Source of the DNA: a virus
IMG/VR virus record: IMGVR_UViG_3300027762_000001
Length of the DNA stretch: 64,000 nt
Reading direction: 5' to 3' (one strand)
How positions within the stretch are numbered: the first letter of the stretch is position 1; each line of letters begins with the position of its first letter. Of the stretch, positions 51,374-60,221 are shown piece by piece. The translations under genes were made by a program, and so were the position numbers. Below the pieces are notes generated by a model. It searched no databases and had not been told where the DNA came from. It was given only the letters and a program-made list of their open reading frames with translations.

Positions 51374-52282
51374 ATGAAGAAAAAAAATAGTAAAATTAGT
51401 AGGTATGTTATTCTTATAACTATTTTAGTGGTTTTTGTTTTAATCTTATTAAGTTATTTTAATGTCTCTCATGGATATTTAGAAGTAGATGAAATGAGAA
51501 AAGAAATTAGTAAAAACAATTACTCTTTTAAGGTTGCAGAAAATCCAGCAATTACACGAAAAATAGGAAATCTTAATATTGAGAATTTTTCAAAAAGGTC
51601 AAAATCTTTAAAGAATAAAAAAGTAAGTATATTAGAAGATATTCCTGCAAAGTATGACTCGAGAGAATTAGGAGTTGTAACTCCAATAAAGGATCAAGGA
51701 GAAGTTGGCACATGCTGGGCTTTTTCGACTACCGCAGCAATGGAAGTTGCGATAGCAAAAAAAGATAATGTAATAGTGGATCTCTCGGAACAATTTTTGA
51801 TGGCAGTAAATACTGAAGGGTATGGAACTAATGGTGGATGGTTTGCTCATCATTATCATATAAATCCAGGTGCTGTTTTAGAAGAAGACTTCCCTTACCA
51901 AGGCAAAGATGGAATAAAATTTGATATTCCAGATTACAATTATAAGTACATAGCAGATGATTGGGGTTATGTAGATGAGAATGTAGACATTCCAAATGTT
52001 AACATTTTAAAATCTGCAATATATAAATATGGATCACTATCTGTTGCTGTATATGCGGATAGATATTTTCAATATTATAAGGGTGGTATATTTGACAGAA
52101 ACAGAAAAGGTAATGTTAATCATGCTGTAAATTTAATAGGCTGGGATGATGAGAAAAAGGCCTGGATACTAGAAAATTCATGGGGCACAAAATGGGGTGA
52201 AAATGGTTTTATGTACATAAAATATGGAACAAATCAAATAGGTTATGCTGCATCCTATGTTACATATAGTGGTCTAAAATAA
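51374..52282 (+). CDS. Exported papain-family (C1A) cysteine protease
   Basis: N-terminal TM/signal; KDQGEVGTCWAF, LSEQ, NHAV, NSWG. Confidence 0.9.
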   Translation: MKKKNSKISRYVILITILVVFVLILLSYFNVSHGYLEVDEMRKEISKNNYSFKVAENPAITRKIGNLNIENFSKRSKSLKNKKVSILEDIPAKYDSRELGVVTPIKDQGEVGTCWAFSTTAAMEVAIAKKDNVIVDLSEQFLMAVNTEGYGTNGGWFAHHYHINPGAVLEEDFPYQGKDGIKFDIPDYNYKYIADDWGYVDENVDIPNVNILKSAIYKYGSLSVAVYADRYFQYYKGGIFDRNRKGNVNHAVNLIGWDDEKKAWILENSWGTKWGENGFMYIKYGTNQIGYAASYVTYSGLK

Positions 52283-52301
52283 TAGTGAGTTAATTAGTTA
52301 T

Positions 52302-52333
52302 AAAAAAATCTGCCCTGATGGGCAGATTTTTTT
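52302..52333 (+). terminator. Intrinsic terminator
   Basis: AAAAAAATCTGCCC-TGAT-GGGCAGATTTTTTT. Confidence 0.75.
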
Positions 52334-52410
52334 CTTGTTTTCCATAATCTCATAAAGTCATATTAGGTTTTAAATTATACTACCAAAATTTTTTTTATTT
52401 GTAAAGAAAA

Positions 52411-52439
52411 TTGACACTTAAATTAAAATATATTAAAAT
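52411..52439 (+). promoter_or_regulatory. SigmaA-type promoter
   Basis: TTGACA-N17-TAAAAT. Confidence 0.7.
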
Positions 52440-52476
52440 TTTTATATAAAACTAAATTATAAAGGAGAAATAAAAA

Positions 52477-52791
52477 ATGATACAAGAAAAATTCTCCGCA
52501 CCACCAATTAAAGCAAGGCAGATAATATTAACTCAAAAAATAGAAGAAGCAAGAAATATAGTAATAGATGCAGACATAGAATTAGATTTTTTGAGGAGTA
52601 TAAAAGATAAATTAGATAGTGAACAGTCAGAGCTTATTAATAGTGAAATAAATGAACTAGAAAGAAGACATGACTTTTATCTTGAGAAATTGAATCACTT
52701 GAAAAGAGTAAGAGAATTGAAAAGAGCGGATAGAACGGCTAGAATGATAGAAAATTCTACGCCTGACACGATAACGCTCTTAGATATTTAA
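52477..52791 (+). CDS. Coiled-coil hypothetical protein
   Basis: SD AAGGAG; 104 aa. Confidence 0.65.
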   Translation: MIQEKFSAPPIKARQIILTQKIEEARNIVIDADIELDFLRSIKDKLDSEQSELINSEINELERRHDFYLEKLNHLKRVRELKRADRTARMIENSTPDTITLLDI

Positions 52792-52808
52792 ATAAAAGTT
52801 TGAACTGT

Positions 52809-52878
52809 ACATGCGACTGTTGGCCGTGCACAGGCCAAGTCATATTCCTTTGGTGGCCACAAGGAAAGTCACGCATGT
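52809..52878. ncRNA. Candidate structured RNA (three-way junction)
   Basis: GC-rich island; ACATGCG/CGCATGT closing stem with two internal hairpins. Confidence 0.4.
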
Positions 52879-52914
52879 TAAAAAAATAAAAGATTTTTCT
52901 TTTATTAACAGTTT

Positions 52915-52947
52915 AAAAAAAAACAAGGGATTATCCCTTGTTTTTTT
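52915..52947. terminator. Bidirectional terminator
   Basis: AAAAAAAACAAGGGA-TTA-TCCCTTGTTTTTTT between convergent genes. Confidence 0.7.
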
Positions 52948-53182
52948 ATTTAGTTAAATTTAATAAACATTCTTGGCATATTAATTTTTTTTTAAATTCT
53001 ATCAAGTTTTCAGACTCATCACAAAAATTACAACGAGGACAATACCTTCTAATATGTATAGCTTCATCAACTTTAAAAATTTCACATTCAACCTCATCTG
53101 AAAACCCAGATTCTTCTATCCATTTTTTGGGTAGCAATACTTTACCTCGCGCACCTACTTTTTTCACACCCATAGCTATCAT
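52946..53182 (-). CDS. AbrB-family transcription regulator
   Basis: GVKKVGARGKVLLPK N-domain; CNFC...ICQEC C-domain. Confidence 0.8.
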   Translation of the reverse strand: MIAMGVKKVGARGKVLLPKKWIEESGFSDEVECEIFKVDEAIHIRRYCPRCNFCDESENLIEFKKKLICQECLLNLTK

Positions 53183-53291
53183 ATTGTATCCTCCTTATTT
53201 GTTATAGCTTGATATTTTTTAGCCTTAACAATATAATTTTATTATATAGTTATAAAATGTCTACTATTTTTTGAAAATAAGGAGTGATATT

Positions 53292-54254
53292 ATGCCATCA
53301 TTATTAGAAGCTTTATCTGGCGGACTAAGTTTTTCATCACCAGCAGTAAAAGATTCAGGGAGCTTCGCTCTTCAGTTAGGGCTTTATAAAGATTCAGTTG
53401 TTAACGATTATAATAAATACAGTACACCACTAAACGAGAGCATTGCAAAAATAGCAAAAGAAAACAGCTTAAATGATAATCAGATACAAAGAATAGTTGA
53501 AGAAGTAAATAACCAAGTTTACCTTGTAAAATATGCTCAAGTAAAACAATACAAAGAAAGAGAAGTAATCTTTGATTTAGCATCTTTAAAAGTTGTTAAA
53601 GGTATACTAGAAGGAAAAGAAGCTATAGAAGATAACGATTCTATTGAGAAAAAAGCTAGCTGGAAAGAAGGAGACGATTTAAATTTTTTAAATTATAATA
53701 AATGTAAATTGCCAGGAATGAGAGAAGATAAAATTAAACCATTATCAGAAATAATGGGGGAAAAATTAGCACACGAAATATCTGAGAAAAATAAAAATTT
53801 TGATAAGGCATTGGAAAAATTTGCAGAAACAACTTATGATATAGCTGAAGCATTAATAAAGTATGATAGATTTAATAAAGACCCTCAAGAAATTTTTAGT
53901 CATATATGTAAAGAGGCAAGTGTAAATAAATATGACCAAATAATGATTAAAAAGGCTGTAACTCAAAAAGTTAATCAATTAAAAGAAGCAAGATATCTTC
54001 CGTCTGATTATAAGTTAGAATTAAATATAGTAGACTGTGCAAAGGAAGATAATTTTTCACTAGGCGAATATAGTTTAAATAAAAGAGCAAATGTAGCGCA
54101 AAGCAATGTTGAACTTCCTGTTATAGAAACTGATAGTAAAAAAGTAATAAAAAATATTCAAAGCCTTATAAATATGGCAGAGAAAATGCAAGAAGAAAAA
54201 CAAAAAGTTATTAATTTAAATGAAAATAAAAATATAATTAATAACTTAAAATAA
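53292..54254 (+). CDS. Putative internal head protein
   Basis: LNESIAKIAKENSLN...; multiple KxA sites. Confidence 0.55.
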   Translation: MPSLLEALSGGLSFSSPAVKDSGSFALQLGLYKDSVVNDYNKYSTPLNESIAKIAKENSLNDNQIQRIVEEVNNQVYLVKYAQVKQYKEREVIFDLASLKVVKGILEGKEAIEDNDSIEKKASWKEGDDLNFLNYNKCKLPGMREDKIKPLSEIMGEKLAHEISEKNKNFDKALEKFAETTYDIAEALIKYDRFNKDPQEIFSHICKEASVNKYDQIMIKKAVTQKVNQLKEARYLPSDYKLELNIVDCAKEDNFSLGEYSLNKRANVAQSNVELPVIETDSKKVIKNIQSLINMAEKMQEEKQKVINLNENKNIINNLK

Positions 54255-54274
54255 AAATGGAAGGAGGAACCTTT

Positions 54275-55378
54275 ATGCCTCACGGTGCAGTCAAGACTCC
54301 CGAGCAAGAAGTGTTATGGGAAAAGGCAAAATTGCAAGCCGAAAAGCAGGGTCAAAAAGATAACTTTGCCTATATAATGGCTATATATAAAAATATGGGC
54401 GGTCTTAATAAAACTGCTATGGAAGATATTTTTATGGAGAAAACAGCTAAAGTTGGTTTTATAGGAAGGGTATTAGGGAAAAATGTAGGCATTGCAAAAA
54501 AAGAATTAGGCTCAGCTCTTAAAGATTTTCAAACAAAAAAAAGTTTATTAAGAAATAAAAAAGTCCAATCAGGTTTTAAATTAGGGCCACTTGATTTTAG
54601 AAAAGAAACTCCATTATACAATAAGTCTGAAATTAGAAAAATATTAAGTTCAGACATGAATAAACTGCAAGATCTTAGAACATTAAAAAAACTTGAAAAT
54701 AAAGAAACTTTTAATGCTAGAGTTAAAGGTGCTTTAGGTTTGGGCGGATTAGCAGCTGCAACACCTTATTTAAAAGATAAAATAGTAAAAGGTAAATACA
54801 CTTATCCACAAGAAACTTATACGGAAGAAACTATTGCGAACAGTGTAGTGCATGGTCTACTAAAGGAAGCTTCAATAAAAAATAAAACTCTCAACTTTTT
54901 AAAGGGAGTAAAAGATATTGGTACATTTAAAGGATATAGTGCTGCAAAACAAAATTTAAAAAATATAGAGAAGGGAGTAAATCCAACTTATTCCCTAAAA
55001 ATAAAAGAGCTTATAGGCCTTAAGAGGTCCATTAAAAACTTAAGCGGAAAAAATGAAGAGTTGAAAAAACAAATATTAAGAGAAAAAGGGTTGGATGAAA
55101 ACTCTGTATCAAGAACAATAATAGACAGAATAAAAGATGGCAATGATGTTTTAAATGCAAAAAGCAGAAGGGCGAAAGATTTAGAAAATTTATATAAAGG
55201 TAATCAAGATATTATTGGAACTGCAAATAATAAATACCAAAAAGAATATAATAAATTTGTTGACGTTAAAGACAGGGAGCTCTCTAAATCACTTGGTCTC
55301 TGGAGCATTCCAACTGTAGGAGCCCTTTATGGTGGTAAAAAAATATTAGATAAACGAAAAGAAAAGGGTAGTCCTTGA
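54275..55378 (+). CDS. Putative internal/ejection protein (basic, two hydrophobic cassettes)
   Basis: NKTAMEDIFMEKTA; GALGLGGLAAA; GLWSIPTVGALYGG. Confidence 0.55.
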   Translation: MPHGAVKTPEQEVLWEKAKLQAEKQGQKDNFAYIMAIYKNMGGLNKTAMEDIFMEKTAKVGFIGRVLGKNVGIAKKELGSALKDFQTKKSLLRNKKVQSGFKLGPLDFRKETPLYNKSEIRKILSSDMNKLQDLRTLKKLENKETFNARVKGALGLGGLAAATPYLKDKIVKGKYTYPQETYTEETIANSVVHGLLKEASIKNKTLNFLKGVKDIGTFKGYSAAKQNLKNIEKGVNPTYSLKIKELIGLKRSIKNLSGKNEELKKQILREKGLDENSVSRTIIDRIKDGNDVLNAKSRRAKDLENLYKGNQDIIGTANNKYQKEYNKFVDVKDRELSKSLGLWSIPTVGALYGGKKILDKRKEKGSP

Positions 55379-55441
55379 TTATTTTGTTTCAATAAATTAA
55401 AATAGTTTTATAATACTTATTCTTTGGGAGGTTTTTAAGTT

Positions 55442-56371
55442 ATGAATAATAATGAATATAACGTATTGGTTGAAAAGTTAGCAGAGGAAATTATAGTTGA
55501 TACAGCAAAAAGATCGGAAGGTAATTTTGGGCAACCAGGAAGCTTTCCAAATATGCAACAAGAACCAAATGGTGGAGTGTCAGGTTTAGAAAGAGGCGGA
55601 GAAGAATCAAAGAGTATAGGGTCTAAGTTTTTAGATTTTATAAAAGGAACTAAAAAAGTAGAAGTTGGACCTAATGTTGTTGCTGATGCTTCAACAGGAG
55701 ATTATGCGGTTAGTGAAACTAAAGTTGCTTATGAAGAATTAGAACTAGTTAAAACTGCAGCTGAAAAAGCTTTTAATGAAGCTGACAATTATGTTCACAG
55801 TGATTCAATAAAAGAAGCAGCTTATCAAATCTATGAAGAAGCAATAGAAAAAGAAGCTACTCTAGCTTATTCTGAATCTCAAATGTTAAAACAAGCAGCT
55901 GAAGAAGCTTTCTCTGAAGCTGATAATTATGAAGATGAAGAATATATTAAACAAGCAGCTTATGAAATATTCATGGAAGCTGAAGAAGTTGAAAAGGCAG
56001 CATCAGAATATTTAGCAGAAAAAACTATAGAAGAAGCTGCGGAAGCATTTGATTACTCTCAAATGTTAAAAAGTGCGGCTGAAGAAGCTTATGCAGAAGC
56101 TGACAATTATGAAGACAGCGAGTATATCAAACAAGCAGCAGAAGAAATTTACGCTGAAGCTTTAAGTATAGAAAAAGAGGCTGGTAGCTTTTTAGTTGAA
56201 ATAGAAAAAGTAGCCGAAGAAGCGGCAGAAGAAGCAACTAAAGAAGAAGAAGATGAAGAGGAAGAAGAAGATGAAAAAGAAGAGCCTAAAGAAGATAAAG
56301 AAGAGGCTTCTAATAGTATGGCTCAAAAAATAATAGAAGAAGCGGCAAAGAAAAAAATGAATAACGAATAA
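55442..56371 (+). CDS. Acidic scaffold/core protein with three internal repeats
   Basis: KxAAEEAFxEADNYEDxEYIKQAA-type unit x3. Confidence 0.6.
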   Translation: MNNNEYNVLVEKLAEEIIVDTAKRSEGNFGQPGSFPNMQQEPNGGVSGLERGGEESKSIGSKFLDFIKGTKKVEVGPNVVADASTGDYAVSETKVAYEELELVKTAAEKAFNEADNYVHSDSIKEAAYQIYEEAIEKEATLAYSESQMLKQAAEEAFSEADNYEDEEYIKQAAYEIFMEAEEVEKAASEYLAEKTIEEAAEAFDYSQMLKSAAEEAYAEADNYEDSEYIKQAAEEIYAEALSIEKEAGSFLVEIEKVAEEAAEEATKEEEDEEEEEDEKEEPKEDKEEASNSMAQKIIEEAAKKKMNNE

Positions 56372-56397
56372 GCAAATCTTTAAAATCAGACATTTAA

Positions 56398-56428
56398 AAG
56401 GCATTTCTTTAATTTAAAGAAATGCCTT
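56398..56428 (+). terminator. Hairpin (terminator or processing site)
   Basis: AAGGCATTTCTTTA...TAAAGAAATGCCTT. Confidence 0.5.
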
Positions 56429-56450
56429 CTTCATAGAAAGGAGCATAGAG

Positions 56451-57872
56451 ATGGAGAAAAATTCTGGAGTAGGTAGCATATTAAGTACCGCATATGTTGG
56501 AAGTGAAGCTATTAAGGGAGCAAAGGAAAGTAAAAGACTCCTTAAAAATCCTAATGTAAATAAGTTTGATGAAATTTTAAAAAACACTCCACAAAAAACT
56601 ATTTCAACTTTTAAAATGTCATCAGCAATTGACGAGCTGTATCTTGAGAAATTATCATACGAAAACAATCAAAATAATGAAGATAAAAAAAAGAAAAGAA
56701 ATATAGCGCCTTACATAATTGGAGCATCTATATTGGGAGCTGGCGCTGCTGAAGCTATAAAAACAGGAAATCCATTAAGGCCACTGAGAACTGCAGGTAA
56801 AGCCTTGAAGGAATTTGGGCACAAGCTACCTAAAGCTGTACTTGGCAGAAGTGGAAAACCTATATTTGAAGGTTTAAGAAAATCTAAACAGATAGTTCAG
56901 GATACCAAAAAGTTTGATAAAGCATTACATGGAGGATCGCCACAAAATCTTCTCCATTATTATTTGCCAGGCGTTGTTTTTGGTGGAGGTATGGGTGCAA
57001 GCAATTTAGCGGTTCATTTGTTGGGAGATAAATACTTTGATAAAAAAGTTAATAGAAAATCATATAATAATTTCCCAAGCCCTAGTGTTCAAATATATAG
57101 AAAGAGAAAATCAGCATCAGATATGATAGATAATAATTTCATGGAAAAAATAGCACAACTAAAAGGCAAAGCTTTTGCTAAAAAATTATTTGTTGAAGAT
57201 TTTTTACAAAATAGTTTAAAAACAATACCTTTTGCACTAACTCCAATAGCTGTATCTCATGCAATGAATAGAAATTTAAAAACTGATTTTAGTCCAATAA
57301 GAGGAAGTAAAGCTCAAAATCATAATGTTGATAAAATTATAATCGAAGTGCCAAGAGAAAAACTTATTAAAACAGCAAACGTAAAAAAAAATTTTCAACT
57401 ATATAAAAAATTAAAAGGTAAAAATTTTAAAGGGTTTACTTTCAGTAAATTTAAACCTAAAGCTGATTCAGGTATAGAGTCATGGGAAAATTTTGCAAAA
57501 TATAGGGTGCCTGAAGGCATGGTCAGGTCTTTAAGTTGGTTTGGAGTTCCTGCGGCTATAACTGCGCTAACTGGAAGAAATATAAAAGGCTTAGGAGAAA
57601 AAGTTAAAAAACATGAAGATATAGATCCTGATAAAGTCAGAATAACAGTTGATAGAGGTTCTGAATACGATGATGCAAATAAATTTATGGATGCATCTAG
57701 AATGTCAAGAATGGCAGATACTAATGAATTATTTATTGAGAAAAAATCAAGTGTGACAAAAGACATAGATAAAATAGTGAAAAATATTTTATCTGAAAAT
57801 AAAAAACTTAAATCAATAAATCCAAGAGTTATAACTCAAGGTATTCAAAAAAACAAAAAAATGTTAGGATGA
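56451..57872 (+). CDS. Putative internal/ejection polyprotein
   Basis: IDELYLEKLS, IDNNFMEKIA, TNELFIEKKS separating basic/hydrophobic cassettes. Confidence 0.55.
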   Translation: MEKNSGVGSILSTAYVGSEAIKGAKESKRLLKNPNVNKFDEILKNTPQKTISTFKMSSAIDELYLEKLSYENNQNNEDKKKKRNIAPYIIGASILGAGAAEAIKTGNPLRPLRTAGKALKEFGHKLPKAVLGRSGKPIFEGLRKSKQIVQDTKKFDKALHGGSPQNLLHYYLPGVVFGGGMGASNLAVHLLGDKYFDKKVNRKSYNNFPSPSVQIYRKRKSASDMIDNNFMEKIAQLKGKAFAKKLFVEDFLQNSLKTIPFALTPIAVSHAMNRNLKTDFSPIRGSKAQNHNVDKIIIEVPREKLIKTANVKKNFQLYKKLKGKNFKGFTFSKFKPKADSGIESWENFAKYRVPEGMVRSLSWFGVPAAITALTGRNIKGLGEKVKKHEDIDPDKVRITVDRGSEYDDANKFMDASRMSRMADTNELFIEKKSSVTKDIDKIVKNILSENKKLKSINPRVITQGIQKNKKMLG

Positions 57873-58123
57873 TAATTTTGAATAATATAATAAGCGTAAT
57901 AACTGAAGCTGCATCAAAGAAAAAATTAGTTGAAATAACATATCAAGACTCAAAAGGTCTTGTTACAAACAGAGAGACAGAGCCATATGAAATAAGAGAT
58001 AATTCTTATTATGGATTTTGTATTTTAAAAAACAGTATAAGAAAATTTAAATTATCTAACATTTTGTCAGCCAAAATGTTAGATAATGAGTATAGACCTA
58101 AGTGGTCAGTTAAAATTCCGTAA
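57869..58123 (+). CDS. Stand-alone WYL-domain protein
   Basis: VEITYQDSKG...REtEPYEI...YYGFC...IRKFKLSNI. Confidence 0.8.
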   Translation: MIILNNIISVITEAASKKKLVEITYQDSKGLVTNRETEPYEIRDNSYYGFCILKNSIRKFKLSNILSAKMLDNEYRPKWSVKIP

Positions 58124-58196
58124 AGATAGGCTGCTTTACTTTGATTGCTATTTATAATAAAATTTAAATTGAAAACATAATAAAGGAGGTTTAATC

Positions 58197-58340
58197 ATGG
58201 AATATAAAAATCATCCAGGATTTATCGCTTTTAAAGCTTCTAATGTAAAAGAAGATGTAAGCTGTAAAGAAGAAAATATTGATAAAGATATCGTTGAGCC
58301 TGAGAAAAAGAATGAAGGTGGTGACGAAGGCAAAGAGTAA
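58197..58340 (+). CDS. 47-aa acidic peptide (not in ORF track)
   Basis: SD AAAGGAGG; MEYKNHPGFIAFKAS... Confidence 0.55.
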   Translation: MEYKNHPGFIAFKASNVKEDVSCKEENIDKDIVEPEKKNEGGDEGKE

Positions 58341-60210
58341 AATCTTTGCCTTAATACTTATGAGAAAATTATCTGATTCTATAATAAAAGAAGCATGTGA
58401 AGAACTAAATGTTGAAGGAAAGCTAGAAAAAAAGGCTTTAAACTTTGCAGATTTTTCTTTTTTGCCAGGATCTATATTGGGCTCAATAACTGGCTCAATT
58501 ATAGCTGGGAATAAAGTTAAAGCTGAGAACCTTCAAAGAAGAATGGAAGAAGAGGACAGAACAGCTTTAAGCGGAAATTATTATAACCAGGCTCAAAATA
58601 TAGTTAATAACTTAAAAGTTGTATTCACGCCATTTGGAGTTATATATATAGTAAAAGATGGCCCTAAAGAAACTACGATTGAAAATATAAACACAAATGA
58701 AATGAATACAGCTATGTACTCTGCTTGGCAAGCTAAAGATGCAGAATACTTTAAAAATATACTATTAAACAAAATGCAAAGTGAGCTTCAATTTGTTGAA
58801 CAAATGTTTGCAAAAAAAATGGTGGAAAAACAGCTTGGTATAAATAATACGATAAAACAAGAAAAGAAAGCATCTATAGATTTTAATGACTTAACTTTAT
58901 ATGAAACTTTAGAGTATGTATCAAAAATGAAGGATATGTATTCTAAACAAAATGAAGCTACAGAGAAGATAGCATCTCTTTTAATTAATGAGATGGATGA
59001 AAGAGAAGATGATTATGTTATATCTTTAAAGTTAGAAAGACCAGTAGAAAAATATGCTTTCTTCGGAGAGGCTTTAAAATTTATGGGGCTTGAAGTAGGA
59101 AGTAAAGACATAAAATCATTACAAGGAAAATTTCTTAATCCATCACATTTAAATAATAGAGTTCAAGTAGGCTTTTTACCTGATAGAGTTGTTTTTATAG
59201 TTGATAATAAGGTTATGTCTTCTCTTCTTGCTATGGATATGAATGAGGAGGGATTTGAGAATTTTAATAAAAGTAATGAAGGTTACTTTAGAAACTTATT
59301 TAAAGAAGAAGCTAAAAAAGGAATGTTAAGAATTCAAGGTAAGATTCCGCCTAATTCTCCTTTAATGAAAATGCAAGAAAAAAAAGCATCTTTTGAGGAT
59401 AATGACTTATCTCAAATCTTTAAAAGAAACGACATACATCCTTTAATTTATTATAAAGCTTTAACAAAAACATTCGGTGATACATGGATTTCATGGGACG
59501 GCAATGCACTTGTTAAAGCAATAGAAAACTCTTTTAATTTAAAAGATGGTGTACCTAGTATTCCACTAAATAAAATATTATCAATAGAAGTTTGTAATTC
59601 TAGCTATACTCCATATACAAGTAAGCATGCTTTCGAGAAGATAATAAGAGGTTTTACTGAAAAATCAGTTAACTTTATGGAGAGAGAAATCTCAGATATA
59701 ACTCCAGAAGATTTAGCTCTAGGTATAGATGCTTTAGATTTAGTAACTCCTAATGATGATATATATGATAATTTCAATCATGAAGTCTTCTCTCATATAA
59801 TTGAAATCTTATTGATAAATAATTGTAAAATATTTTATCCGTCAGAAATGACAGACTCTGTTTTAAAAGATGAATTTTATAGTCAATTAAATGAATATCT
59901 TTTAAATGCTACAAATAAAAAAGATATTGAAGCTATAGACAATAAGAAGCTTGAGAGTAAAACCATAAGTAATAATACGATAATAAATAAAGTATCTTTA
60001 TCTATACTTAACAATATAAGGAAAGTAAAAAAATCTTCTGATTTTGATAATATAAAATTCATTTCAGATGTACTAAATAAAACAAGTATAGAAGATAATA
60101 TAAAAAGCATTATTGAAAAACAAGTTACAAATAATATATTTTTAGATGAAGTATTGGTTATCAAAACAAGAGTATTAAAAGAGCAACTCGCTTTTCTTGA
60201 GCTAAATTAG
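58321..60210 (+). CDS. Putative head protein upstream of portal
   Basis: Several KKA/KIA/KYA sites; internal duplication (VVFTPFGVIYIV vs VGFLPDRVVFIV); likely GTG start. Confidence 0.55.
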   Translation: MTKAKSKIFALILMRKLSDSIIKEACEELNVEGKLEKKALNFADFSFLPGSILGSITGSIIAGNKVKAENLQRRMEEEDRTALSGNYYNQAQNIVNNLKVVFTPFGVIYIVKDGPKETTIENINTNEMNTAMYSAWQAKDAEYFKNILLNKMQSELQFVEQMFAKKMVEKQLGINNTIKQEKKASIDFNDLTLYETLEYVSKMKDMYSKQNEATEKIASLLINEMDEREDDYVISLKLERPVEKYAFFGEALKFMGLEVGSKDIKSLQGKFLNPSHLNNRVQVGFLPDRVVFIVDNKVMSSLLAMDMNEEGFENFNKSNEGYFRNLFKEEAKKGMLRIQGKIPPNSPLMKMQEKKASFEDNDLSQIFKRNDIHPLIYYKALTKTFGDTWISWDGNALVKAIENSFNLKDGVPSIPLNKILSIEVCNSSYTPYTSKHAFEKIIRGFTEKSVNFMEREISDITPEDLALGIDALDLVTPNDDIYDNFNHEVFSHIIEILLINNCKIFYPSEMTDSVLKDEFYSQLNEYLLNATNKKDIEAIDNKKLESKTISNNTIINKVSLSILNNIRKVKKSSDFDNIKFISDVLNKTSIEDNIKSIIEKQVTNNIFLDEVLVIKTRVLKEQLAFLELN

Positions 60211-60221
60211 GAGGGTAAACA

